This document shows, piece by piece, positions 1 to 10,815 of a DNA stretch of 64,000 nt. The DNA lies in contig OX597815.1 in NCBI GenBank assembly GCA_951406725.2, positions 205,282,001 to 205,346,000 of the forward strand, written 5' to 3'. Position 1 is the stretch's first letter. Each line of letters opens with the position of its first letter. This stretch comes from Octopus vulgaris. Lineage: Eukaryota. Both the position numbers and the translations under genes were made by a program. Under the pieces are notes generated by a model. That model did not search any database, was not told the origin of the DNA, and saw only the letters and a list, made by a program, of their open reading frames with translations.

Positions 1-39
1 GAAACAAGTAAAAGAGTAAAAAGAGAATATCTTTTTTTG

Positions 40-965
40 TCTTATACCTTGTTTAGTTACAGGTAAGTCTCTGTGTCTAATGTAGTTTCTTTGGAGCTCA
101 TTCCTATGTCTTTCCTTCAGCACTTTTTCATTCATTTAATTTATCCTTCAAGATCTGAGCTGTTCAACTTGATTTTCAAACCTCCATTTCCAGCAGAGAT
201 CTTCGTCTCCTACTTTTCCTTGACTTTTAACCTCAAGAATGTCTACTGTAACAGAGACTGCCCCATATATGAGGCCACTAGGAGCTATTATATTTTCAGT
301 ATAGATTCTCACTAACAGATCAGAGTAATGATCTGTGAAATTTCAGTGGCACGTAAAAAGCACCATCCGTCCATGGCCGTTTGCCAGCTCCGTCTGGCAC
401 CTGTGCGGGTGGCACGTAAAAAGCACCCACTACACTCTCAGAGTGGTTGGCGTTAGGAAGGGCATCCAGCCGTAGAAACACTGCCAGATTAGACTGGGCC
501 TGATGCAGCCTTCTGGCTTCACAGACCCCAGTTGAACCGTCCAACCCATGCTAGCATGGAAAGCAGATGCTAAATGATGATGATGATGATGATGATGAGA
601 TCACCCAGTTTTGTTACTACTTTATGTAATTTTTCACTTTCGATTTTTATCAAGGCTGGTAATCTCTTTCTTTCATAAGTCCATATTTCATTCAGCCATT
701 GTAATAAGCTCCTTTCTCCTTCTGTGACATCCTTTCCTCCCACAAAGAAAACTGTTTTTTCATCCTGCTTATTATTTCCCTCCAGTTGATTTATTAGGCT
801 CTTTGCTACCATTTGTTCAATTCTCTTTCTACATAACCATGTTCTTCCACTTATACTGTTTTGGAAATCTCTCCTGACTCCAACTGGGATAGCCACTGTC
901 TTTTCATGATAAAACTTTTCTGCTTTAGAAATCTTTGTTCTGTGAAAAAGGAATATGCCTGAGGG
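40..965 (-). mobile_element. Decayed R4/Dong-type (RLE clade) non-LTR retrotransposon fragment, N-terminal region, interrupted by an RTE 3' end
   Basis: ORF 570-971 includes 'YERKRLPALIKIESEKLHKVVTKL'. Past the insertion, minus-strand 60-260 reads like 'WKWRFENQVEQLRS...KVLKERHRNELQRNY', which resembles R4/Dong ORF N-termini. Recognised by eye. Confidence 0.5.
340..597 (+). mobile_element. RTE LINE 3' UTR fragment with (GAT)n tail
   Basis: Contains gagtggttggcgttaggaagggcatccagc...ccaacccatgctagcatggaaagc followed by (gat)n. The same 3' end follows the RT C-terminal ORF in the copy at 62001-63145. Confidence 0.85.
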
Positions 966-967
966 CA

Positions 968-1170
968 GCAAGCTGGCAGGATTGTTAGCACACCAGGTGA
1001 AATACTTAATGGCATTTCATGTCTTTGCATTCTGAGTTCAAATTTCACCGAGGTCAACTTTGCCTTTCATCCTTTCAGGATTGATAAAATAAGTACAAGT
1101 TGAATACTGTGGGGCCAATGTAATTGACTATCCCTATCCCCCAAATTTCAGGCCTTGTGCCTATAGTAGA

Positions 1171-1172
<2 letters not shown>
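968..1172 (+). mobile_element. tRNA-derived SINE, family B (Meta/Sauria-like central domain), diverged copy
   Basis: gagttcaaat B-box-like motif followed by gaggtcaactttgcctttcatcctttcaggattgataaaataagtac, shared with many copies in the window; (ATT)n follows. Confidence 0.8.
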
Positions 1173-1211
<39 letters not shown>

Positions 1212-1249
1212 GCAACATCACTGAAGTTTGGAGATGTAGATTTACTTAC

Positions 1250-1295
1250 ACTATATTCTTAGCAACAATATCTGTTAGTTTTCCTTCAAACTTTC
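1250..1295 (-). CDS. Candidate 46-nt internal coding exon, (G)KFEGKLTDIVAKNI, of an unidentified host gene
   Basis: Minus strand reads tgtgcttttatag|GAAAG...ATAGT|gtaagt, with a consensus donor and a plausible acceptor, in unique sequence with an open frame. Phase is compatible with the exon at 5161-5261. Confidence 0.4.
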
Positions 1296-1664
1296 CTATA
1301 AAAGCACAATGTGTACAAGAGAGTGCTCAATACTGAAAACAGAGTTATATATTATAACTTATTGAAACTGAAATTTCACAAATCATTACTCTGAGCTTTT
1401 CATTCTGAATCATTAAATGATTATGAGAAATGAAACATTAGAAAGATGGTCAAAATACATTAATTTGCATAGATATTCAAGTAACATAATGGAAACATTT
1501 AAATGTCTAGACAAATTTTGAATGATAAAATTGTAACAATTATAGAAAAGGAAGAGGAAGAAAGTAAGTAAAAAAAAATGAAAAAGTTGTATACAGAAGA
1601 ACAAAAATATATATATAAAAATATAGAATATATGAAAAGGTAAATATGAAAGATATAAATTTGG

Positions 1665-2307
1665 AAATATGCTGTGCTCGATAAGACGTGGCAAGCTCAA
1701 GTGAGACCATAACCTTGTGGCCTATGCCAGGGGTGTAACCAGCCCACTTATGCATACCTTTCCTTCATTGGACACTAAACTCTGCTTGCGAAGACCTGTT
1801 GAGACAAGTGAAATCAAAATCGAAAACAAATTCGATGATTGGCATCCGTGCTTGTGGAGCGCTAAGAGTACCATACGAGTGTGATCGTTACCAGAGCAAC
1901 AAGCTGGCCTCCATGCCGGTGGCACATAAAAAGACACCATTCGAGCATGATTGTTACCTGCATCACCTTACTGGCCATTGTGCTGGTGGCACGTGAAAGA
2001 ACATTCGAGCAAGATCGTTGCCAGTGCCGCTGGATTGGCTCCTGTGCAGATGGCACATAAAAAGCACCATTTGAGCATGGCCATTGCCAGTACCGCCTGA
2101 CTGGCCCTCGGACCGGTGGCACATAAAAGCACCCACTACATTCTCAAAGTGGAGGGTGTTAGGAAGGGCATCCAGCTGTAGAAACTCTGGCAGATCAGAT
2201 TGGAGTCTGGTGCAACCATCTGGTTCGCCAGACCTCAGTCAAATCGTCCAACCCATGCTAGCATGGAAAGCAGACGTTAAACGATGATGATGATGATGAT
2301 GATGATA
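1665..2307 (+). mobile_element. RTE LINE 3' end (ORF terminus, 3' UTR internal repeats, (GAT)n tail)
   Basis: Begins with a remnant of the ORF end (compare YAVREKTRQ), has repeated gtggcacgtaaaaagcacc units and ends in (gat)n. Confidence 0.85.
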
Positions 2308-2809
2308 TGAATGTATAAAAGGGAAAGAAAAATGAGAAGGTTTTTTTTTACAGAGAGGAAGATAATGTATGTTTGTGAGTACAAGTGAGCAAAAAAAAAA
2401 AGGGTGGGGTCACATTACACAAGGGAAATAACCCAGCATTGTAAAAATGGAATATTGAAAAAAATTGAAAGTAATGAAGAAAAAGAAGGAAGGAGGGAAA
2501 AAGACAAGTAAAAGATTCAATTATATAGAGGAAAAAAATCAAAGTTAAATAAATAATTAGTGAGTAAATATTTCAAAGCATGTTTACAACTTAATAATTC
2601 AGACATTTCATTTAATGCGTGTCAGTCATGAAAGCAAGATGAAAAGCTATTGACTTAGACATAATTTACAATGCAAGCTTAAACAGAAGGTTCAAGGTTT
2701 ATACACGGCACAGCTTGCACCAGAAGACTTTATTTTACTTAAAATACAAATAGGCTCGATCATTTATAGAATTCAAATACACTTGAACAAACATTTCTTT
2801 TTTCTTTTT

Positions 2810-2950
2810 TGTTGCTTGTTTCAGTCATTTGACTGTTGCCATGCTGGAGCACTGCCTTTAGCTGAAGAAATCAATCCCAACTAAGTTATGGGGATGTAAA
2901 CACAACAGCATCAGTTGCCAAGCGATGGTAGGAGGACAAACACAGACACA
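2810..2950 (-). mobile_element. SINE family A, 3' half only
   Basis: cttgtttcagtcatttgactgttgccatgctggagcac matches the family A 3' region and runs into the family's internal (TA/CA) microsatellite. Confidence 0.75.
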
Positions 2951-3022
2951 CAAATACATACATACATATATACATCCATACATACATATATATATATACA
3001 TACATATATATATACATACATA

Positions 3023-3111
<89 letters not shown>

Positions 3112-3136
3112 ATACATATATATATACATACATACA

Positions 3137-3188
<52 letters not shown>

Positions 3189-3196
3189 CATATATA
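2950..3196. repeat. Compound (TA)n/(TACA)n microsatellite
   Basis: Directly visible; a similar tract lies at 4132-4358. Confidence 0.95.
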
Positions 3197-4130
3197 TCAT
3201 CATCATCATCATCATACGTCCGCTTTCCATGCTAGCATGGGTTGGACGTTCAACTGGGGTCTGGGAAGCCCGAGGCTGCACCAGGCCAGTCAGATGTGGC
3301 AGTGTTTCTACAGCTGGATGCCTTCCTAACGCCAACCACTCCGAGAGTGTAGTGGGTGATTTTATGTGCCACCGACATAGGTGCCAGACGAGGCTGGCAG
3401 ACGGCCACGCTCGGATGGTGCTTTTTATGTGCCACCGACACAGGTGCCAGACGAGGCTGGCAGACGGCCACGCTCGGATGGTGTTTTTTATGTGCCACCG
3501 ACACAGGTGCCAGACGAGGCTGGCAGACGGCCACGCTCGGATGGTGTTTTTTATGTGCCACCGACACAGGTGCCAGACGAGGCTGGCAGACGGCCACGCT
3601 CGGATGGTGTTTTTTATGTGCCACCGACACAGGTGCCAGACGAGGCTGGCAGACGGCCACGCTCGGATGGTGTTTTCTTATGTGTCACCGACACAGGTGC
3701 CAGACGAGGCTGGCGGACGGCCACGCTCGGATGGTGTTTGTTACGTGCCCTCAGCACGGAGGCCAGTCATTGCGGTACTGGCTACGGTCACGTTCGGATG
3801 GTTTTCTTATGTGCCACCGGCACTGGTACCACAAGGATACAAATTCCATTGATGTTCATCTATTTTGATTTGGTTCGATTTGATTCGATACGATTCGATT
3901 CTCACTTGCCTCAACAGGTCTTCACAAGTGTCACAAGAAGGAAGGTATGCACAGGTGGACTGACTACGTCCCAGGTAGGGGCCACGGATTATGGCTTCAC
4001 TAGTCTTGCCGGGTCTTCTCACGCACAGCATACTTCCATAGGTCTCGGTCTCTAGTCATTTCCATGGTGAGACCTAACGTCCGAAGGTCGTGCTTCACCA
4101 CCTCGTCCCAGGTTTTCCTGGGTCTACTTC

Positions 4131-4132
<2 letters not shown>
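3197..4132 (-). mobile_element. 5'-truncated RTE LINE with an expanded ~60-bp minisatellite in its 3' UTR
   Basis: Minus strand reads '[42 protein letters not shown]'; (cat)n tail at 3197-3215; about six near-identical 60-62 bp units at 3360-3740. Confidence 0.9.
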
Positions 4133-4180
<48 letters not shown>

Positions 4181-4186
4181 CATACA

Positions 4187-4226
<40 letters not shown>

Positions 4227-4228
4227 CA

Positions 4229-4268
<40 letters not shown>

Positions 4269-4288
4269 CATACATATATATATATACA

Positions 4289-4320
<32 letters not shown>

Positions 4321-4358
4321 CATATATATATATACATACATATATATATATACATACA

Positions 4359-4668
4359 TGTGCCAGTGACACATAAAAAGCACCATCTGACCGTGGCCAT
4401 TGCCAGCCTCGCCTGGCCTCCGTGCCGGTGGCACGTAAAAAGCACCATCCGACCGTGGCCGTTTGCCAGCCTCGTCTGGCACCTGTGCCGGTGGCACGTA
4501 AAAAGCACCCACTACACTCACGGAGTGGTTGGCGTTAGGAAGGGCATCCAGCCGTAGAAACATTGCCAGATGAGACTGGGCCTGGTGCAGCCTTCTGGCT
4601 TCCCAGACCCCAGTTGCACCGTCCAACCCATGCCAGCATGGAAAGCGGACGCTAAACGATGATAATGA
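4359..4668 (+). mobile_element. RTE LINE 3' UTR fragment, inverted relative to 3197-4132
   Basis: Same 3' end motifs, ending gctaaacgatgataatga. Confidence 0.85.
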
Positions 4669-4734
4669 ATGTCCTATCCACTGGCAAGGAACTTCATTTC
4701 AGCAGTTACAAATTAGTTGCTGGAGTAAGGGATG

Positions 4735-5130
4735 TCATCATCATCATCATCATCATCATCATTTAATGTCTGTTTTCCATGCTGGCATGGGTTGGACGGT
4801 TTGACAGCAGCCAGCAAGGCTGGTAGGACCACACTAGGTTCTGTTGTCTGTTCTGGCATGGTTTCCACAGCTGGACACCCTTCCTAATGTCAACCACTTT
4901 ACAGAAAGTACTGGGTACTTTTTATGTGACACTATCACCAGTATCGATTCTATGGATCGATCTTCTTCAATACAGCAAGGTGCCAGATGTCTTGGTTTTT
5001 TTATCACCTCCTTCACAAGGCTCAGTGTCTTGAGATCAGCCTTTAATGGTTCATCCCATGTTTTCTTGGATCTCTTTCTTCTATGAGTTCCATCTACATT
5101 AAGTGAATGGCAGTTCTGTACCCAACAATC
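4735..5130 (-). mobile_element. Older RTE 3' fragment
   Basis: ORF 4834-5160 includes 'HSLNVDGTHRRKRSKKTWDEPLKADLKTL', a decayed RTE C-terminus; (cat)n tail present. Confidence 0.75.
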
Positions 5131-5160
5131 CAAGAAGCAATACTTTCTTAATAAGAACAC

Positions 5161-5261
5161 CTAACATTATCTGTGTTGAAGACGTTTGTGGTGTTCGTGT
5201 ATAGTTCAAAAGTTGTACTTTACAAGAAACAGGAACTTCTTGGCATTTTAAATAACGATGT
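5161..5261 (-). CDS. Candidate 101-nt exon, either fully coding (HRYLKCQEVPVSCKVQLLNYTRTPQTSSTQIML) or mostly 5' UTR with a start ATG near its 3' end
   Basis: Acceptor ttcctctaccccataatttag|A, 33 open codons, weak donor TAG|gtgttc. The terminal G joins GA of exon 1250-1295 to give an in-frame Gly. Confidence 0.3.
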
Positions 5262-5733
5262 CTAAATTATGGGGTAGAGGAAATAAACTAGATTACTTTC
5301 TGCTTCTGGACACTCTTTGCATGCAGGACAGGTAAAGGAATTTCCTATATAAACTAACTTCTCACTAGAATCACTCCTAGCTATTACTTTGTCATATTAG
5401 GGAGCTGCTCTGTTGAAAATTTTCAAAAGGGGATAAGTAAGAAACTCAACTGCTTATATCTGCCACCAGGTTCCTAATTATTAGAGTTCTTGTGGCTCCC
5501 TATAAGAGTAGTATTTGCCTAGGATCTAATATAACAACTACAAAAATAACTATTATTAGAATGGTGATGATAGTTATATTTAAGTCAAGCTTCTTGAGTC
5601 TGACTGTCAGGTCCTTCTTGAATCTATCTATGGCGTTGCCATTCAAATTGCATGGATGTTAATATCTCTGAATAAACTTGAGATGGCAGGAGGCATAGGT
5701 TTCTTCTTGAGGGCATCAAGGTTAAACAATTCT

Positions 5734-6140
5734 TATCTCTTTACTGCCCACAAGGGGCTACATACAGAGGGGACAAACAAACGGATTACGTTGATTATAT
5801 TGACCCCAGTGCATAACTGGTACTTATTTAATCGACCCCGAAAGGATGAAAGGCAAAGTCGACCTCGGCAGAATTTGAACTCAGTCTGTAGCAGCAGATG
5901 AAATACCTATTTCTTTACTACCCACAAGGGACTAAACACAGAGGGGACAAACAACGACAGACAAACGGATTAAGTCGATTACATCAACCCCAGTGCGTAA
6001 CTGGTACTTATTTAATCGACCCCGAAAGGATGAAAAGCTAAGTCAACCTCGACAGAATTTGAACTCAGAATGTAGCGGCAGATGAAATACCACAAAGCAT
6101 TTTGCTTAGCGTGCTAACGTTTCTGCCAGCTCGCCGCCTT
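5734..6140 (-). mobile_element. SINE family B with duplicated 3' half (dimeric), 18-bp TSD
   Basis: TSD TCAAGGTTAAACAATTCT at 5716-5733 and 6141-6158. Two copies of the acccacaagggg...gaatttgaactcag segment. Confidence 0.9.
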
Positions 6141-7179
6141 TCAAGGTTAAACAATTCTATGACATCAGCTGCATCACTCTGTCATAGCTTCCAATAGAAG
6201 CATCAAGCAGTGAGTCTACCTCTTTTCGACCCAGTAGGAATTCAAATTATATGAGTATACACACACACAGACATTTCTAGGTTTGCAGCTGGTTATTCAA
6301 ATAACCATTAATTGTACAAAGTACATGTCTAATGAATCAGGTGTCCATGACAAGTGAAGCCTAAGTTTCACTTATCTATTATCATTCTAAGGTCAAGGTT
6401 ACTCTTTCTAGCAAATTGTATTCATGAGTACAAAGGTGTGTTTCAAAATATATGGGGGGTGCTTTTCAGCTAAAACCAAGGCCACAAATATGATGGTTTT
6501 GAAACAAGAGATGTGCCACTAGTCAAAAAGTAGTCGAAAGAAATGCCTATAATTCCCATTACAAATTCCAAACCCATATGGTAATATCCATTTAAATTTC
6601 AAGGAAGTAGTGAAATAAGTATGTGCTCTTTTGATCCATTTGTAAAACCACAATATGTAATACTCATGTCAAATGTTTGAATGTGCATGTATCCCCTTGC
6701 TATACCCTAACAAGGTGGGATAAGATTGGTTTCTTGTGACACCTTATAAGAAGGTGGAATAAAAATCCTGTTGACACCCTTATGATATTAGTAAATCTAC
6801 AAAATTTTGGCAGTTTTTCACAGAAAGAGGTAAAAATTAAAGTGGTATGAATGGGTTAGATTAGAAGCAGAAAGAAAAAGTAAGAAAGAGGAAGGTGGTT
6901 TAAGAAAAGAAAGTGAAGAAACAAAAGTAAGAGAAGAGATAGAAAGAATGGTAGGAAGAGAGACAAAGAGGAACAGAAGGAAGTATAAGGAAGAGATATA
7001 CAGAAAGTTTTAGGCTGTGCCAGAACATGAATGTCATTAATCTTGAAAACTATTGTAGAGAGAGGGCACTAGTGTTTAACCAGATTGAATAAGGCATACA
7101 GCCAGAAGAATTCTTCTCCTCAACATAATTGCTCCTAATTATGGTCACCAAGTAATATCAAACTAATAGTGGAACTTGA

Positions 7180-8150
7180 GGCAGTTCAACACTGTTACAC
7201 AAAGATTGATGAGGTCTTGAAAAAGGCTTCAAAACTGACATTGCTATGAGCTGATGACCTCATTCTTAAAGCCGAATCTGTAATAGAATTAGAAAAGAAA
7301 TTCCAGACATGGAAGCAAAGTCTAGTATTAAGGGACAGCAAAGTTAACTTAGCAAAGCCCTAACTTTTAGTAAATATGAAAGCAGACAGGACTCTACTTC
7401 CACCAAGAAAATGACCTTGTTCAATGTGTAGGAAAAGAGTAGTCATAAAATCCGTACGGTATACCAAGTACAAACTGTCAAGACACAAGAGGTGCAGAGG
7501 GGCAGTAGGATCACAGGCAAGTTGATAGCGAAAGACTGTGTAAGTGACATATGCACAAAAGCAATAATCACTAAGACCACATGGGAGATAGATTCTCTGA
7601 AATATCTAGGATCCTTAGAGACAGTTGATATTTGCTCTTATCTAAGTGGCCTGATTAGCAGTGGAGGAAGGTGTTCTGAAAGACTAGTAGTCAGTGTAAG
7701 AACAAACTGAAGGAAGTTCAGAGAGTTATTACCACTCATCATCATCATCATCGTCATTCAACGTCCACTTTCCATGCTAGCATGGGTTGGACGGTTCGAC
7801 TGAGGTCTGGCGAACCAGACTCCAATCTGATCTGGCAGAGTTTCTACAGCTGGATGCCGTTCCTAATGCCAACCACTCCGAGAGTGTAGTGAGTGCTTTT
7901 TACGTGCCAGCATGGTGGTACTGGCAACGGCCACGTCCAAATGGTGCTTTTTACGTGCCACCTGCACAGGAGCCACCACTGTTAGTAACAAAAGGTTTCT
8001 CTCTCAGGAGGAAGGTAGACTCTATGATTCTTGTATATAAACTGAAGTGGTACATGGTAGTGAGATATAGGCCCTGAATGCAGAAGACTTATGAAGACTA
8101 GAAAGAAATGAAGCAAGCGTACTCTGGTTATGCAGTGTCAGAGTACATCA
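7180..8150 (+). mobile_element. Decayed RTE reverse transcriptase fragment, interrupted by an RTE 3' UTR piece (7736-7975, minus strand)
   Basis: ctatgagctgatgacctc is a decayed LYADDL motif, followed by 'ESVIELEKKFQTWKQSL', a Cys-rich segment and 'YLSGLISSGGRCSE'. Confidence 0.75.
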
Positions 8151-8520
8151 GTAGTTCTTAACCCTTTTAGCAGTGCCCACCACCACCATTTAAGTAGTTG
8201 TTAATGTTATGCCTAGCAACCACCTAATTGTCAATTGAGTTATCACAACTAAACTAATTTAACACGAAAGGTAATTTATAAATTTTACTCTAAATATGAG
8301 CTGTATAAGCTTTCAACTGAAATGATAAAGATTAATGAAGACAAATGTTGTAAAGTTAATTTATACATTGCAAGTTTTTATCATGTTTAATATAATTACT
8401 ACTAAAGGTAAAATTTAATGTGTTAATTATGTTACCTCACCACTTCCTAGAGCTTACTGCCCCCTTTGACATGCCCAGCACACCCTTTGGGCAGTATTGC
8501 CTATGTTGAGAACCTCGACA
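8150..8520. mobile_element. hAT (Charlie-like) MITE relic
   Basis: Ends cagtagttcttaacc ... gttgagaacc form imperfect TIRs of the CAGTGGTTCTCAAC type. Confidence 0.5.
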
Positions 8521-8756
8521 TGAATGATTGAGTACATATCAATTCCTCATTCTTACCATCTGCCCTCAAGCTCATGCCTGCCATTGACCACTCCATGTTT
8601 GCTTTTCATCCTTCCAGAATCAATAAAATAAAATACCAGTCAAGTACTAGGGTCAATGGTATCCATTAACCCCTTCCCATAAAAAGTTGATGGCCTTGCA
8701 TCTAAATCAGAAAACTTTAGTTATTATTATTATTATTATTATTATTATTGAATGAG

Positions 8757-9074
8757 ATGCCGGTGGCACGTAAAAAGTACCATCCGAACATGGCCGATGC
8801 CAGCGCCACCTTGACTGGCTTCTGTGCCGGTGGCACGTAAAAAGCACCAACTGATCATGGCTGCTGCCAGCCTTGCCTGGCACCTGTGCTGGTGGCATGT
8901 AAAAAGCACCCACTACACTCATGGAGTGGTTGGCATTAGGAAGGGTATCCAGCTGTAGAAACACTGCCAGATCAGACTGGAGCCCGATGCAGCCTCCTGG
9001 CTTCCCAGACCCCAGTTGAACCGTCCAACGCATGCTAGCGCGGAAAACGGACGTTAAACAATGATAATGATGAT
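8757..9074 (+). mobile_element. RTE 3' UTR fragment
   Basis: Family motifs plus (gat)n tail. Confidence 0.85.
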
Positions 9075-9590
9075 GAGAGCAGTGCATGCCATCAAAATGA
9101 TACTGGGGTAAAATATACAAAGCTCAATATACCCATCAGACTACCTGTCTAAGGGTACACCAGGCACATGCATCACAACCATATGTGTGTGATGTGGTGA
9201 TTTCATATCAAGATAAACAGCACATTACTTTGCAGGCAGGGCCCAGTTAGAATTTCCTTCAGGTCGAGTAGCCCATCCCTCTCAAAACGAAACACCCATG
9301 TTTCCAGAGGTGAATTATTCAAACCCCAAAGAATCCCTCTCAACACATGGCTATGATGGTCCCCCTACTACTTCTGCTCATGATCAGAGATGCACGTATT
9401 GTCAGCCACTAAGGGACATGCTCAACTGGTTAAGGTCAAACAATTGACAAGCAAATCTGTGGTATTGAGCAGAATATTTGCTGTAGCCCATCTTTTATAC
9501 AAAGAAAAAAAAATGTATATGATAATACTTCCAATCAGTTAAGATCAGAAGCCATGAGAGCCGCTGCCTGGTATTGCATCAGGGCATTTA
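9075..9590 (-). mobile_element. ~550-bp non-coding repeat family (family D) associated with (TAA)n tracts; possible non-autonomous non-LTR element
   Basis: Nearly collinear copies at 47305-47860 and 54908-55458. Confidence 0.8.
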
Positions 9591-10019
9591 TTCTTCTTCT
9601 TATAATTATTGTGGTGGCAGCGGCAGCGACAGTTGTTATTGTTGTTATTGTTATTATTATTATTATTATTAGGCTGGTAGATTGGCAGACTCATTAGAGC
9701 ATCAGAAAAATATCTTATGATATTTCTTGTAAATCTTTACATTTCGAGTTCAAATCTCACTGAGGTCAATTTTACTTTTCATTCTTTCAGGGTTGATAAA
9801 ATAAAGTACCAGTTTAGTACATGGGTTGATGTAATTCACCAACCCCTTCCATTCAAAATTGACGATCTTGTACCTAAATGAGAAGCCATTATTATGTTTT
9901 AGTTTTGCTCTGACTTATACTAGTTGCAACCAAGTCTCAACCAGAAATGTCAAGAGACAACAAGATTTTGCATTCAAAGGTGGGGTGTTTGTGGAAGAAA
10001 AGAAAAAAGACAATACAGA

Positions 10020-10184
10020 ATGAGTGGCTGTGTGGTAAGTAGCTTGCTAACCAACCACATGGTTCTGGGTTCAGTCCCACTGCGCGGCATCTTGGGCAAG
10101 TGTCTTCTGCTATAGCCCCGGGCCGACCAAAGCCTTGTGAGTGTTTTTGGTAGACGGAAACTGAAAGAAGCCTGTCGTATATAT

Positions 10185-10223
<39 letters not shown>

Positions 10224-10450
10224 CATGTATGTTTGTGTGTCAGTGTTTGTCCCCCTAGCATTGCTTGACAACCGATGCTGGTGTGTTTACGTCCCCGTCA
10301 CTTAGCGGTTCGGCAAAAGAGACCGATAGAGTAAGTACTGGGCTTACAAAGAATAAGTCCCGGGGTCGATTTGCTCGACTAAAGGCGGTGCTCCAGCATG
10401 GCCGCAGTCAAATGACTGAAACAAGTAAAAGAGTAAAAGAGTAAAGAGTA
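10020..10450 (+). mobile_element. SINE family A (tRNA-like head, CORE-like ccttgggcaagtg segment, internal TA/TG microsatellite, (AAGAGT)n-like tail)
   Basis: gagtggctgtgtggtaag A-box-like and gggttcagtccc B-box-like motifs; collinear with the copies at 19680, 27352, 43181, 58217 and 59210. Confidence 0.9.
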
Positions 10451-10451
10451 T

Positions 10452-10815
10452 ATGGAGAGGAATCTACATAGAATATGTAAGATACCCATAAGTATGATCT
10501 TTTGTAATTCACTTATTTTGGGGCTGTCAGGGATTTGGTTTACAAATTTGATTGCTCCTCTCGATATCATTCCAAGTGCTCTAATAATAATAGGTAGTGT
10601 TGCTGCTTTGAAATACCACATCCTTCTGATTTCAATCAAGTCCTTATATTTGCTCAATTTTCAAATATCTTCAGAAAGGTGTTTTTGTCAGCTGGGACTG
10701 TAACATTAATCAGAAGACAAGTCTCTTCAATATGACTTTTCACAATGAGATCTGGCCAGTTTGCCTGTATTTCCTTATCAGTATGGACACTGAAATTCCA
10801 GAGAATGGTAATGTC
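10452..10815 (-). mobile_element. R4/Dong restriction-like endonuclease C-terminal fragment
   Basis: 'SKYKDLIEIRRMWYFKAATLPIIIRALGMISRG...ELQKIILMGILHILCRFLS' matches the KY.DL..EI..W...P..IGALG...LQK..L.GT..ILR pattern. Upstream 'ITILWNFSVHTDKEIQANWPDL' is also typical. Confidence 0.85.

Noticed and set aside
1250-1332. Longer exon with an in-frame TGA read as selenocysteine (Y-U-ALSCTHC)
   Set aside because: A nearer acceptor at 1296-1297 explains the open frame without recoding, and no SECIS evidence is available in the window.
3360-3740. CRISPR-like array
   Set aside because: The units are near-identical along their whole length with no unique spacers, lie inside a LINE 3' UTR, and there are no cas genes in this eukaryotic context.
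2858-4626. Long ORFs rich in YI, MY, HT or repeated [15 protein letters not shown] peptides
   Set aside because: They are translations of microsatellites and the RTE UTR minisatellite, open in several frames and on both strands.
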